A DNA stretch of 64,000 nt from assembly GCA_963814825.1 (NCBI GenBank), contig CAWFEF010000004.1, positions 455,556-519,555 of the forward strand. Reading direction: 5' to 3'. Shown piece after piece: positions 53,756 through 64,000 of the stretch. The notes under the pieces were generated by a model. That model searched no databases. It saw only the letters and a list, made by a program, of their open reading frames with translations, and was not told where the DNA came from. The position numbers were made by a program, and so were the translations under genes. How positions within the stretch are numbered: the first letter of the stretch is position 1; every line of letters begins with the position of its first letter. The DNA is from an uncultured Gammaproteobacteria bacterium. Lineage in GTDB: Bacteria > Pseudomonadota > Gammaproteobacteria > Methylococcales > Methylomonadaceae.

Positions 53756-56038
53756 ATGCGTCAAAAAGATGCCGAGCATTATAAAGCCCTAAGAGAGAGG
53801 GCCGAATCTCTTGTCGCCATGCAAGAGGAAGATGCCGTTCTTCCCGACCAAAGTGAAATCGCCAGGGTTTTTCATGACTTAACGGTTTACCAGATTGAGC
53901 TGGAAATGCAGAATGAGCAGCTCAGGTCGACGCAAGCCGAGTTGCTCGGGGCTCAAAAAAATATTGAGCAGTTGTTTGACCTGGCTCCGGTCGGCTATTT
54001 GATTCTAAGCAGTAAAGCCGAAATCTTACGCAGCAATCGTACTCTTCATGACTTGCTTGACTATCATGCCGACGAATTTAATAGCAAAAAATATTTTGCG
54101 CAGTTTATCTATCACGATGACTTGATTATTTTCAATGCCCGGTATCAGGCATTCTTTAAGCGCCCTGAAAACAAACGCATTGAGTTGCGCTTGCAAAAAC
54201 GTCAAGGTTCTCCTGTGCTGGTTGAGCTTAGCGGGCGCTTGGTTAAGTCGGTTACTCCGCAGCAAATCATCCACTATGGAGAGTTCTACCTATTAGTCAA
54301 TATTGTCGATATTAGCGCTCGCAAACAGCTGGAAGAAGAGTTAAGGCTGGCCGCCAAGGTGTTTGAAAACAGCGATGAAGGTATTCTTATTACCGATCAT
54401 CAAGCTCGTATTGTTAAAGTTAATCCCGCTTTCACTGCCGTAACCGGCTACGACGCCGACGAAGTAATCGGCAAATCACCCACTATCTTAAAATCCCATA
54501 AACACTCGTCTGAGTTTTACCGGCAAATGTGGAACAAAATCAACCGCGAAGGGAGCTGGCAAGGGGAAATATGGAACCGGCGCAAGAACGGCGATTTTTA
54601 TCTGGAATGCTTGAGCATTAATGCGATTACCGATCAATTCGGCCGGGCCAGCCATTTTATCGGTATTTTTTCCGACATTACCCGGCGCAGGCATGATGAG
54701 CAGCAAATTGAAATCATGGCGCATTACGATGCATTGACCGATCTGCCGAACCGGGTGTTGTTTAATGAACGGTTAAAACACAGTATTGTGCGCGCTACCC
54801 GGCATAAGCAATGGATTTCGGTATTGTTTCTGGATCTTGACCGTTTTAAAAATCTGAATGATACCTTGGGGCATTTTATAGGGGACTTATTGCTGCAAGG
54901 TGTCGCCAAACGCCTTAAAGGTTGTGTGCGCGAAAGCGATACGGTATCGCGCTTTGGCGGCGATGAATTCATGATTGTGCTGTCTGACTTTGAAGACGAG
55001 CAATCCGTTACCCTGCATAGCGCCGAAATTGCTCAAAAGATTTTGACCGAATTATCCAAAGCGTTCGATTTATCCGGCAATAAGTTTATGACGACAACCA
55101 GTGTCGGCATCGCTTTCTTTCCCAAGGACGGACATTCGGTTGCCGAGTTAATGAAAAATGCGGATACCGCGATGTATCACGCGAAGGGGCTGGGGCGCAA
55201 TAATTACCAGTGTTATTCCGATGACATGCGCGAGTTGGCATTGACGCGCAGCACACTGGAATGTGATTTGCGCTCGGCGCTGGAAAACCAGGAGCTGGTG
55301 TTGCATTACCAGCCTATCGTTAATTTACAAACTTCCGAAGTTGTAGGTTTTGAAGCTTTGATTCGTTGGCGGCATCCCAAACGCGGACTTATCCCTCCGG
55401 ATATATTCATACCGATTGCCGAAGAGACGGGCTTGATCACAGATATTGGCGAATGGGTGCTGCACAGCTCCTGCCGGCAATTAAGGCATTGGCATAGCAC
55501 CGGCAAATGCGATTTGAAAATGTCGGTTAATTTGTCGGCGCGACAGTTTATGCAACATAATTTGGTTGACGTTGTTAAACATGTCCTGGATTTGTATGGT
55601 TTGGAGCCTCAGCACTTGGAGTTGGAAATTACCGAAACGGTGATCATGAAAAACATGAATCAAACCATCAAGATGCTTAAAAGCTTGCAGCATTTAGGCG
55701 TTAGTATTTCATTGGATGATTTTGGTACCGGTTATTCTTCGTTGACTTATCTTAAGCAGTTTCCGGTTAATGTTCTAAAAATAGACCGTTCTTTTATAAG
55801 AGATATTCTTGAAACGAACGACGATAAGGTGATTGTTAATTCCATTATTGCCATCGCGCAACACATGGGCATTGATATTATTACTGAAGGGATTGAGCAG
55901 GCAGAGCAGGCCGGTTATCTAAAAAATCAAGGTTGCCGGTTTGGTCAGGGCTATTTCTTTGCGATGCCTTGCGTTGCGGAAGAGTGCCTGTTTACAGTCA
56001 ATAATTCTAGCTTTGAGGACCGAGACTATAACTGTTAA
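53756..56038 (+). CDS. PAS-GGDEF-EAL c-di-GMP turnover protein (760 aa)
   Basis: The PAS motif ([23 protein letters not shown]), the GGDEF domain (RFGGDEF) and the EAL domain (EALIRW...ELEITE...[10 protein letters not shown]) are all present. The gene starts 25 bp after the CheB-CheR gene. Confidence 0.85.
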   Translation: MRQKDAEHYKALRERAESLVAMQEEDAVLPDQSEIARVFHDLTVYQIELEMQNEQLRSTQAELLGAQKNIEQLFDLAPVGYLILSSKAEILRSNRTLHDLLDYHADEFNSKKYFAQFIYHDDLIIFNARYQAFFKRPENKRIELRLQKRQGSPVLVELSGRLVKSVTPQQIIHYGEFYLLVNIVDISARKQLEEELRLAAKVFENSDEGILITDHQARIVKVNPAFTAVTGYDADEVIGKSPTILKSHKHSSEFYRQMWNKINREGSWQGEIWNRRKNGDFYLECLSINAITDQFGRASHFIGIFSDITRRRHDEQQIEIMAHYDALTDLPNRVLFNERLKHSIVRATRHKQWISVLFLDLDRFKNLNDTLGHFIGDLLLQGVAKRLKGCVRESDTVSRFGGDEFMIVLSDFEDEQSVTLHSAEIAQKILTELSKAFDLSGNKFMTTTSVGIAFFPKDGHSVAELMKNADTAMYHAKGLGRNNYQCYSDDMRELALTRSTLECDLRSALENQELVLHYQPIVNLQTSEVVGFEALIRWRHPKRGLIPPDIFIPIAEETGLITDIGEWVLHSSCRQLRHWHSTGKCDLKMSVNLSARQFMQHNLVDVVKHVLDLYGLEPQHLELEITETVIMKNMNQTIKMLKSLQHLGVSISLDDFGTGYSSLTYLKQFPVNVLKIDRSFIRDILETNDDKVIVNSIIAIAQHMGIDIITEGIEQAEQAGYLKNQGCRFGQGYFFAMPCVAEECLFTVNNSSFEDRDYNC

Positions 56039-56138
56039 AAACAAGAAGCCTTGAGAACAACATCAGTCCAGTTAATATACTCATTATTACCCGTTTCAAT
56101 AAGCAGCCTTTCAAATTCAACAAGCTGCTTAGTCATAT
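56038..56138 (-). CDS. Possible small ORF (33 aa, [33 protein letters not shown]), below the ORF-track size cut-off
   Basis: A GAGG ribosome-binding site lies 6 nt upstream of the ATG and is preceded by the hairpin GTAAGaaaaCTTAC. A second 29-aa ORF (MANFNIGNEALMDKLLSLLQVIAIFMPAFM) lies immediately upstream on the same strand. Confidence 0.2.
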
Positions 56139-56391
56139 GAACCTCGTCCTTTGTAAGTTTTCTTACATAAAAGCTGGCATAAAAATGGCGATTACCTGTA
56201 GCAAAGACAATAACTTGTCCATTAAAGCCTCGTTTCCGATATTAAAATTCGCCATGTAAATTAAGAGATGAATAATCTACTGATATAATAGGCAAAATTC
56301 AAACGGCAGAAAACAGCGTGCGGCAGAACAACGCATGACGAATAACCTACTAATATAGTACACTATCTCAACCTCACTCACGGTTAGCACG

Positions 56392-57099
56392 ATGACTGCA
56401 TCAAACAATGTAAACCCGCACGAAATCCATAAATTCGGCTCGATGGCTGAACGCTGGTGGGATACTCAGGGCGAATTCAAAACCCTGCACGATATTAACC
56501 CGCTACGACTCCAGTTTATCCGGCGTTATGCGGATATTGCAGGTAAGCGCATCGTTGATGTCGGCTGCGGCGGCGGCATTTTAACCGAAGGACTGGCTAA
56601 GCAGGGCGCGGATGCGTTGGGCATCGACCTGAGTGAAGACTTGATCGACATCGCCGACTTGCACGGGCTTGAATCCGGCGTCAGCGCGCATTATCAAAAA
56701 ATCAGCGCCGAAGACTTGGCCGAGCAACAGCCGGAAAGCTTCGATCATGTGACCTGCATGGAAATGCTTGAGCATGTGCCCGATCCCGGCTCGATCATTT
56801 CCGCCTGCGCCAGAATGGTCAAACCCGGCGGCATGGTGTTTTTCTCGACGCTGAACCGCAAGCCCAAGGCCTATTTATTGGCTATTTTTGCGGCGGAATA
56901 CGTGCTGCAAATGCTGCCCAAAGGCACCCATGACTTTAAAACTTTTATCAAGCCATCGGAATTGAGCCAGACTGCGCGAGCGGCAGGCCTTGAGTTGCAG
57001 GGTATGGTCGGGATTGAATACAACCCGTTCAGCAAGCATTTCAGCCTGGGCAAAGACATAGACGTCAATTACATCGCGGCCTTTAAGCGTCCCGCTTGA
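56392..57099 (+). CDS. ubiG: Bifunctional 3-demethylubiquinone/2-polyprenyl-6-hydroxyphenol O-methyltransferase
   Basis: The SAM-binding motif VDVGCGGGILTE is present and the sequence is UbiG-like throughout. Confidence 0.85.
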   Translation: MTASNNVNPHEIHKFGSMAERWWDTQGEFKTLHDINPLRLQFIRRYADIAGKRIVDVGCGGGILTEGLAKQGADALGIDLSEDLIDIADLHGLESGVSAHYQKISAEDLAEQQPESFDHVTCMEMLEHVPDPGSIISACARMVKPGGMVFFSTLNRKPKAYLLAIFAAEYVLQMLPKGTHDFKTFIKPSELSQTARAAGLELQGMVGIEYNPFSKHFSLGKDIDVNYIAAFKRPA

Positions 57100-57101
57100 A
57101 C

Positions 57102-57779
57102 ATGACGGCTGACTTCAAATTATCCTGCGTATTATTCGACCTGGACGGCACGTTGGTCGATACCGCGCCGGATTTGATTTCATGCCTGAACCGCGCGCTG
57201 AACGTCCACGGCTTTGATGCCGCTGCAACTGAAATCATCAAGCCGTTTATTTCCTACGGTGCTGCGGCCATGATCAACGCGAGCCAGCCTACTCTTGACG
57301 CTGCGGTAAAGGCCGACATTCTGGAAACCATGCTCACCCATTACCAGAACAATATTGCCGAACACACGGTTTTTTTCTCCGGCATGGCTGACACGCTGGC
57401 TGCGATTGAAGCCCAAGGACTTAAATGGGGCGTGGTCACCAACAAGCGCGAACGCTTCACCAACCCGCTGATGGACGCGTTAAAGCTGACCGAGCGCGCG
57501 GCCTGCATCGTTAGCGGCGATACCACCGCCAACCCCAAGCCGCACCCGGAACCGATGCTGTTAGCCTGCAAACAGGCCGATGTCGATCCGCAGGAATGCG
57601 TCTATATCGGCGATGCGCGGCACGACATTACCGCCGGAAAAAACGCGCAAATGAAAACCCTGGCCGCAGTTTACGGCTACATTAATCCCGGCGATGCCCC
57701 GGAAACCTGGGGCGCTGATGCATTAATCGAGTCGCCCGAGCAAATATCAACCTGGATAGACGCATTGCTATGCCGCTAA
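57102..57779 (+). CDS. HAD-superfamily phosphatase (phosphoglycolate phosphatase Gph or MupP-like)
   Basis: The motif FDLDGTLVDTAPDL with the downstream motifs K...GDARHDITAG is present, and the gene lies immediately after ubiG, as recalled for Pseudomonas. Confidence 0.7.
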   Translation: MTADFKLSCVLFDLDGTLVDTAPDLISCLNRALNVHGFDAAATEIIKPFISYGAAAMINASQPTLDAAVKADILETMLTHYQNNIAEHTVFFSGMADTLAAIEAQGLKWGVVTNKRERFTNPLMDALKLTERAACIVSGDTTANPKPHPEPMLLACKQADVDPQECVYIGDARHDITAGKNAQMKTLAAVYGYINPGDAPETWGADALIESPEQISTWIDALLCR

Positions 57780-58498
57780 CAAATCAAGTTATCTTAATCA
57801 CCGGCGCCGGTGGTGGCTTAGGCAGCACCGCTGCTTTGGCCTTGGCCAAATACGGCGCGCATATCATCTTGCTGGATAAAAACATCGCCAAACTGGAAGC
57901 GGTTTACGATGCGATTTTGGCAATCAAAGCGCCCGAGCCGGTCATTTACCCGTTCGATCTGGCCGGCGCCAATGAAAACGAATACCAGGAATTGGCCGAC
58001 AAGATCGATCAGGAATACGGCTCGCTGCAAGGCATTTTGCATTCGGCGGTAGAGTTCAGCGCCTTTTCGCCGATCGCCACGCACAAGACCAAGGACTGGG
58101 GGCACACCTTGAACGTCAACCTGAATGCGCCTTTTCTGCTGTGCAGGGTTTTGTTGCCGGTGCTGCAAAAGAGCGAACATGCTTCCATCGTATTCACCTC
58201 CGATTCCTCCGCCAGGAAAGCTCCCGCCTACGCTGGCGCTTACGGCGTGTCCAAGATAGCTCTGGAAGGCTTGGCTAACATACTGGCCGAAGAGCATGAA
58301 GCCTTCGGCAAAATTCGGGTCAATACTCTGATACCGGGACCGATAGACTCCCCGCTAAGAAAACGGGCCTATCCGGCCGAAGATAAAAGTAAGTTGCCTT
58401 CAATGAAATCGCTGGCTCCTATCTATCAGTATTTATTCGGCTCAGAAAGCATAGGCATCACCGGCCAAGCTGTCGATGCTAGAACCTTTTATTTATAA
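57770..58498 (+). CDS. YciK-like short-chain dehydrogenase/reductase
   Basis: The Rossmann motif ITGAGGGLG and the catalytic residues S...YAGAYGVSK are present. Confidence 0.75.
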   Translation: MPLTNQVILITGAGGGLGSTAALALAKYGAHIILLDKNIAKLEAVYDAILAIKAPEPVIYPFDLAGANENEYQELADKIDQEYGSLQGILHSAVEFSAFSPIATHKTKDWGHTLNVNLNAPFLLCRVLLPVLQKSEHASIVFTSDSSARKAPAYAGAYGVSKIALEGLANILAEEHEAFGKIRVNTLIPGPIDSPLRKRAYPAEDKSKLPSMKSLAPIYQYLFGSESIGITGQAVDARTFYL

Positions 58499-58508
58499 CC
58501 AAATTATT

Positions 58509-59057
58509 ATGGCTGAAAGAGAAGACGTTGTTTTAACCCGTGATGTCAATGTTGTCACTATTCCAGACGGCAATACCGGAACCTTAAGCAAAGGCCAGAT
58601 AGTCACTATCCATCAAGCGCTGGGCGACAACTATACCGTGGTCAGCGAACATGGCCATATGGTGCGGGTTGCAGGTGTCGATGCCGACGCCTTGGGCAAG
58701 GAGCCGCATACGCTGCATACGTTGGTATCGGCGACTGATGCGGCGGCAGTTGAAAAAAACTGTTGGGAAGTGATGAAAACGGTTTATGATCCGGAAATCC
58801 CGGTCAACATAGTCGATCTCGGCCTGGTCTATGAATGTAAAGTGACTCCGGCCGAAGAAGGGCTGAATGATGTCCATATCATGATGACTCTGACCGCGCC
58901 GGGTTGCGGCATGGGGCCGGTTATCCAGAGCGACGTGGAAAAATGCATCCGCGCGCTGCCCGGCGTCGCCAGTGTTAATGTCGAAGTGGTGCTGGATCCT
59001 CCCTGGTCGCGGGACATGATGTCGGAAGCGGCCCAGCTGCAATTAGGCCTGTATTAA
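58509..59057 (+). CDS. DUF59/MIP18-family (SufT-like) Fe-S assembly protein with an N-terminal extension
   Basis: The conserved block VYDPEIPVNIVDLGLVYE...LTAPGCGMGPVI is present. Confidence 0.6.
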   Translation: MAEREDVVLTRDVNVVTIPDGNTGTLSKGQIVTIHQALGDNYTVVSEHGHMVRVAGVDADALGKEPHTLHTLVSATDAAAVEKNCWEVMKTVYDPEIPVNIVDLGLVYECKVTPAEEGLNDVHIMMTLTAPGCGMGPVIQSDVEKCIRALPGVASVNVEVVLDPPWSRDMMSEAAQLQLGLY

Positions 59058-59104
59058 AAAGTCGATATAAAAAGAACAATAATTAGACTTTGGACGAAAA
59101 CAGA

Positions 59105-59752
59105 ATGACCACTTTTAAAGATATTAATTTGCAAGTCGGTTCACGCTTGCAAATGTCGTTGCAACATGGCCCCAAGCAACTTATTTATTATACGGAACTC
59201 ATCGGCTACGTTGATGGGGAGTACATGATAGTAAAGACGCCTATTGAAAATGGGCTGTCGATTCAAGTTCAGGTAGAGGAACCGGTTGTTCTTCGAATAT
59301 TAGCTGGAGTGGATGTTTTTACGCTGACGTGCAGGGTAAAAAGTATCTTTAGGGCTCCGCATTATTATTTGCATCTCGGTTTTCCTACTGACATTAAATC
59401 CGTTGCACTTCGCGGCGCCATCAGGGCCAAGGTGAATTTACCGGTGCAAGTCAATGGCATAGCTGGAGCCGGCATTATTACCGACATCAGTGTCACAGGT
59501 GCTGCGATCATTGCCGATAAAGCACTGGGTAACCCTAATGAAGAAGCGTTGGTTTCTTTCGAGTTCCCTGTCAAGCCGAGCAATCAAAATGCACATATAG
59601 AGACCAGTGCGACGATACGCAGCATTCAAGAGTTGCCTAGCAAGAAAAAAGATGCGCCGCCAAGAATATCGCATGGCGTTTCGTTTCATGAGCTTGATCT
59701 TACCAGCCAAGTGATGCTGCTTAACTTGGTCTATGAGTCTATGAACCGATGA
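59105..59752 (+). CDS. PilZ-domain c-di-GMP receptor (YcgR-like)
   Basis: The RxxxR motif (RGAIRAKV) and the DxSxxG motif (DISVTGAAI) are preceded by a YcgR-like N-terminal domain. Confidence 0.6.
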   Translation: MTTFKDINLQVGSRLQMSLQHGPKQLIYYTELIGYVDGEYMIVKTPIENGLSIQVQVEEPVVLRILAGVDVFTLTCRVKSIFRAPHYYLHLGFPTDIKSVALRGAIRAKVNLPVQVNGIAGAGIITDISVTGAAIIADKALGNPNEEALVSFEFPVKPSNQNAHIETSATIRSIQELPSKKKDAPPRISHGVSFHELDLTSQVMLLNLVYESMNR

Positions 59753-60350
59753 ATAGGATGAACTGGACTTGTAACTGATATTCCGCTGCAAAAAATATTC
59801 AATAACCAATGCGCAAGATCAAATTTAGAGATATACATATCCAATAATATCGCTTTATTGCGCATAACTCTTATCCTAAGATAACTGCCAACCTGTCGGA
59901 GTGATATGGTTGGCGCTGTTAATCCGATTTAAAGTAATTAATATTACGCAAGCTAAAGAATTTCTATCACGAATAACAAAATGCCTGCTGATAAAACACA
60001 ACTTCATTTATCTATATAACGCTGCCTGCATACTTGAGCGTGCGGGTTCTTTTGAACCATAAGACCCAAGATAAGCGGTTGTTTTGCACCCCAGGAAAGG
60101 CTGCCCCTTTGAAAAAGACTATCTGGACAGGCGGTGTAGTTGCGTTAGTCTGTGGCACATAATTTGCTGATACCAAAATAATTATAAAATTGTTTTTCAA
60201 ACTGCTGTCATATAGATCTGTTTATATACGCTAATACCAAAGACATGGATTGTGTAAGCTGAATAGATTCAACGATAAATCCTCCCCTAAAATGCAATTC
60301 TACTCAATGGAAAATAAGCCGTTGTGGCTTTTCTTTCTTAATGAAAAGTT

Positions 60351-61649
60351 ATGAAAATGTTCAATTTAAAAGCTTTAATGTGCCTGATTTTTACTTTATG
60401 GACGATGGCACTGCGGGCGGAAACTGAGGCAGTTGCAGAAGGGAGTTTAGCCATTACTGAACAACAAGCCATCGCGTTGTTCTATCAGCGTAACCTCAGT
60501 TTGATTGCAGCAAACTTCAATATCGATAATGCGCAGGCGCAAGAGATTATTGCTGCCGCGATTCCAAACCCGGTGTTCAGCTTTACCGTTTCATCACTGA
60601 ATCCGAATATGTTTCGCCAGGAATTTAACAATGTCTCGTCGTTGCCTGCAATATCGCCGCAGATTCAGCAGCTCATCGAGACCGCCGGGAAACGCAGGTT
60701 ACGGGTAGAAAGCAGTGAGCTTGCAACCGAAGCGGTAAACTTTGACTTGAAAGACACGGCACGAATACTCACCAATGCTGTGCGGCGCAGCTATTACAGT
60801 CTGTTGCTGGCGCAAAAGACAGCCAAGGTGGCAACCGAAAACTACGAGCGTTACCGTGAAATTCTGCGGGTTAATGGCATCCGGCTCAAGGTGGGTGATA
60901 TTTCCGAGACCGATTTTACCCGTATCGAGGTCGAAAGCCTCAAGGCCCAAGGTGATCAAGATCAGGCCAAGGCGGCATTAAATCAGGCGCGGGCCAATCT
61001 GCTGTTATTGCTGGGCTGGCCTGAAAACAGCATGGAAATCTTAGCTGTCGAAGCCTGGCCGGTAGCTACATCTGAAATTGCAAAATCAGGACAAGATCAA
61101 TTGGCCGAAAAAGCGCTGGAGCGGCGACCGGATCTGCAAGCTGCTCGAGTGCGCATTGACCAGGCCGGCAAAATACTCACCTTGGCAAACCGGCTGGCCA
61201 TTCCCGATGTGACCGTCGGTGCTTTTTACCAGCGCGACCCCGGTAATTTCTTTACGGAAAGCGGCGGCGTCAGCGTCAGCGTGCCGCTACCTTTGTTCTA
61301 CCGCCAGGAGGGCGAGATCTCAAAAGCACGCGTTGGCTTAAGTTCTGCCGAGTTGGCGTTAAAACAGACTGAGCAGGGTGTGCGGGCCGAAGTCATGAAG
61401 GCCTTGGCGGCTTGGCAAAGTGCTGATGCCATCTCGCAGCGCTTCGAGACATCCGTGGTAAAACGGATTGAAATGTTGCGCAAAGCGCAAGAGATTGCTT
61501 ATCAAAAAGGTGCAGTAGGGCTGCTGGACTTGATTGACGCAGAGCGCAATTACAAAGCAATGATGCTGGATTATTACACCGCTTTGGCGAACCGCAGCAA
61601 CGCTTGGGCGGACTTATTGATGGCTTATGGAGAAGAAGTCAAATTATGA
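60351..61649 (+). CDS. Outer-membrane efflux protein (TolC/CzcC/CusC family)
   Basis: A signal peptide is followed by two OEP repeats, and the gene is the first of a three-gene RND-type set. Confidence 0.75.
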   Translation: MKMFNLKALMCLIFTLWTMALRAETEAVAEGSLAITEQQAIALFYQRNLSLIAANFNIDNAQAQEIIAAAIPNPVFSFTVSSLNPNMFRQEFNNVSSLPAISPQIQQLIETAGKRRLRVESSELATEAVNFDLKDTARILTNAVRRSYYSLLLAQKTAKVATENYERYREILRVNGIRLKVGDISETDFTRIEVESLKAQGDQDQAKAALNQARANLLLLLGWPENSMEILAVEAWPVATSEIAKSGQDQLAEKALERRPDLQAARVRIDQAGKILTLANRLAIPDVTVGAFYQRDPGNFFTESGGVSVSVPLPLFYRQEGEISKARVGLSSAELALKQTEQGVRAEVMKALAAWQSADAISQRFETSVVKRIEMLRKAQEIAYQKGAVGLLDLIDAERNYKAMMLDYYTALANRSNAWADLLMAYGEEVKL

Positions 61650-62803
61650 ATATGAAGTTTCTCGATCCGATCAGACTGGCCGCTGGATTGCTAGGATTGT
61701 CGCTGCTGGCTTGTCAGCCGCACAATAATGAACCGCAACGCCAAAGTACGGCACTCCCTAAGAATGAAGTAATACTGAGTCCCGATTCGCCCAAGCGGAA
61801 TTACATCAAGGAGGCCATTGTTGAATTGGTGCGGCGGCCTTTAATGGACCCGGTAACGGGCAAGATTACGTATGACGAAACCCGCACCGCTCGGGTTTCC
61901 TCGCCCATTGCCGGACGAGTGACCGGTGCTATCGCTGCATTGGGCGCTCATGTCCAGGCGGGCGATACCCTGGCGGAACTGGATAGCCCGGAGCTTGGGC
62001 AGGCGCAATCGGATTATGCCGGCGCGTTGGCCGATTTGAATTTGGCCAACCGGGCTTTTCAGCGGATGCAGGAGCTTTATGCAAACGGCATCGTTCCACG
62101 CAAGGATCACGAACAGGCGCAAGATAATCTGGCGCGCGCTCGTAGCGAGGCGGATCGGGCTCGACTCAAACTGGCAAACCTTGGCGTGCGCAACGGGCGC
62201 ACCGACAACCGCTTTGTGCTGCACGCGCCCATTGCAGGCGTAATAACCGAACGCAACATCAATCCCGGCATGGAAGTCAGATCCGATCTGGCCGATCCGC
62301 TGTTCGTCATTTCCGACCTGAGCAGTCTGTGGGTACAGATGGATGTTTTCGAAAAAGATATTGGCTTGATTCATGTCGGTGCGCAGGTGCTGGTACGTGT
62401 GCCCGCCTATCCCGGCGAGATTTTTATTGCGACCATCAGTTATATCAGTCAGGTGGTGGAAGAAACCACCCGCACGGTGAAAGTGCGCTGTATTTTGCCT
62501 AATGACGATAACCGTCTGCTGCCTGCCATGTATGCCGCCATTGAAGTACAAAGCGACCCGAACGACAAGGCGGTTGTCGTGCCGCTGACGGCGCTATTTA
62601 CCGAGGATGAGTCCGACTGGTTATTTGTGGCTATCGGTGACGGCCATTATCAAAAACGTCCGGTCAAGGCGGGCCTGCGTCTTAAGGATAAGGCAGTGAT
62701 TCTTGATGGATTGAACCCTGGAGAGCGCTTGGTGGTCGATGGAGCCCTGCTGTTGCGGACTGAGGAAGATACGGAGCAGGAAGCTGGAGAAACTAAAAAG
62801 TGA
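61646..62803 (+). CDS. RND efflux periplasmic adaptor (CzcB/CusB-type membrane fusion protein)
   Basis: A lipoprotein-like signal (MNMKFLDPIRLAAGLLGLSLLAC) is followed by biotinyl/lipoyl and beta-barrel membrane-fusion regions. The start overlaps the upstream stop. Confidence 0.75.
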   Translation: MNMKFLDPIRLAAGLLGLSLLACQPHNNEPQRQSTALPKNEVILSPDSPKRNYIKEAIVELVRRPLMDPVTGKITYDETRTARVSSPIAGRVTGAIAALGAHVQAGDTLAELDSPELGQAQSDYAGALADLNLANRAFQRMQELYANGIVPRKDHEQAQDNLARARSEADRARLKLANLGVRNGRTDNRFVLHAPIAGVITERNINPGMEVRSDLADPLFVISDLSSLWVQMDVFEKDIGLIHVGAQVLVRVPAYPGEIFIATISYISQVVEETTRTVKVRCILPNDDNRLLPAMYAAIEVQSDPNDKAVVVPLTALFTEDESDWLFVAIGDGHYQKRPVKAGLRLKDKAVILDGLNPGERLVVDGALLLRTEEDTEQEAGETKK

Positions 62804-64000
62804 TTAATAAAATCATCGCGTTCTGTTTACAGCAACGCCTGTTAGTTATCGGTGCGTCGGTGCTGCTGGCTATCGTTGGCGTTATCTCGTTCGAACGGTT
62901 GCCGGTGCAGGCTTTTCCTGACGTGCAGAATGTTTTCGTACAAGTGGTCACCCAATACCCCGGTCAAGCCCCCGAAGAGGTGGAAAAGCTGATTAGCTTG
63001 CCGATTGAGAAAGAAATGAACGGCTTGCCGCATTTGATCAATATGCGTTCGGTGTCCATTTTTGGCTTGTCTGTGGTAACGCTAACCTTCGACGATGAAG
63101 CCGAGGATTATTTTTCGCGGCAGCAAGTTGTCGAGCGGCTACGGGCTGTCAGCTCCAGCTTGCCGGACGGAGCTCAGCCTGTGATGGGGCCGTTGACAAC
63201 GGGCGTAGGTGAAATTTACCGTTATCGCATTGAAGCGCCTAACTATCCTTTGGTTGAACAGCGCGCGTTGCAGGACTGGGTGATCGAACGGACATTGCGT
63301 TCTGTGCAGGGCGTAGCGGATGTAGTGGCTTTTGGCGGCGGTGTTAAGCAATACCAGATAGAAGTTGATCCCGACAAGCTGAGAGATTACAAATTAACGC
63401 TTCCTGATGTTTATCAAGCTGTCGCCGCCAACAATGCCAACACCGGCGGCGGTTATATCGAGCACGGTTACGAAGCATTGGTCGTGCGAGGTGCCGGCCT
63501 GCTGAAGTCCGCTGATGAGATCGGCGACATCGTAGTGGCCAGCCGGGATGGCGTGCCGGTGTTCGTTAAACAAATCGCCGATGTGGTGGTGGGGCCGCAG
63601 CCGCGCAATGGGATCGTTGGCTACAATGAGCGCGATGATGTGGTTGAAGGCGTGGTCTTGCTGATTAAGGGCAGGGATGCGATCAACGTATTGCAGGGGG
63701 TGAAGGAAAAAGTTGACGGCCTTAATGGTCACGCTCTGCCCCCCGGCGTCAAGATAGTTCCTATTTACGACCGTACAGAACTGGTGCAGCACACTGTGCG
63801 TACGGTCGAGCACAATATGCTGGAAGGCGCGGCGCTGATTTTAGCCATTTTGATTATCTTCCTGCGCCGGACGCTGGCTTCGGCCGTGGTTATTACCGTT
63901 ATTCCGCTATCCTTGCTGTTCGCTTTCATTCTGATTGATGCAGAGCATGTTTCCGCCAACCTGATTTCTCTAGGCGCGATTGACTTTGGCATTATCGTAG
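62800..64000 (+). CDS. Heavy-metal RND efflux pump CzcA/CusA family, 5' portion (continues beyond the window)
   Basis: A GTG start overlaps the upstream stop. The product reads VINKIIAFCLQQRLLVIGASVLLAIVGVISFERLPVQAFPDV... and the frame remains open to the window end. Confidence 0.8.
   Translation, partial: MINKIIAFCLQQRLLVIGASVLLAIVGVISFERLPVQAFPDVQNVFVQVVTQYPGQAPEEVEKLISLPIEKEMNGLPHLINMRSVSIFGLSVVTLTFDDEAEDYFSRQQVVERLRAVSSSLPDGAQPVMGPLTTGVGEIYRYRIEAPNYPLVEQRALQDWVIERTLRSVQGVADVVAFGGGVKQYQIEVDPDKLRDYKLTLPDVYQAVAANNANTGGGYIEHGYEALVVRGAGLLKSADEIGDIVVASRDGVPVFVKQIADVVVGPQPRNGIVGYNERDDVVEGVVLLIKGRDAINVLQGVKEKVDGLNGHALPPGVKIVPIYDRTELVQHTVRTVEHNMLEGAALILAILIIFLRRTLASAVVITVIPLSLLFAFILIDAEHVSANLISLGAIDFGIIV

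Noticed and set aside
61841-62551. A 236-aa minus-strand ORF
   Set aside because: It is antisense to the membrane-fusion protein gene of the efflux operon and has no supporting signals.

Overview
This is a 64-kb chromosomal window from a proteobacterium, probably a gammaproteobacterium: FbaA is very close to the E. coli class II aldolase, and ubiG is followed by HAD-phosphatase and yciK-like SDR genes, an order I recall as the Pseudomonas ubiG-mupP-yciK arrangement. GC is about 50-55 %. The left 37 kb holds mostly housekeeping and transport genes. In order: three tandem TonB-dependent receptor genes (the last two broken by many frameshifts), a BNR-repeat lipoprotein, dedA, tonB-exbB-exbD, nhaD, kup, an AP2-domain protein in an AT-rich islet, ahpC, hslO, msrA, the regB/regA two-component pair, lpxD, moaC and moaD-moaE, a Cys-rich conserved protein, hppA (membrane pyrophosphatase), ilvB-ilvH-ilvC, an SPFH protein, two minus-strand tRNAs, and rtcB divergent from rtcR with a clean sigma-54 promoter. 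Many of these conserved genes carry single-base frameshifts, at least one in a short homopolymer, whereas the right 27 kb has none, so uneven indel error in the assembly is suspected. The middle, about 36.5-46.3 kb, is a repeat-dense accessory island that is partly low-GC. It contains at least six families of palindromic or MITE-like repeats, a cytochrome P450, a TauE/SafE exporter bracketed by direct repeats, three complete type II toxin-antitoxin pairs, and one orphan antitoxin whose toxin slot is filled by REP units. It also contains a 651-aa low-GC NACHT/STAND NTPase that is the best candidate for an uncharacterised single-gene defense system. The right part carries cstA-ybdD, fbaA, a 1097-aa CheB-CheR-PAS fusion with a 21-bp periodic NEELQ coiled-coil directly upstream of a PAS-GGDEF-EAL protein, ubiG with its HAD and SDR neighbours, a DUF59 protein, a PilZ/YcgR-like protein, and the start of a czcCBA-like heavy-metal RND efflux operon. 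Hand-derived coordinates may be off by 1-2 nt.
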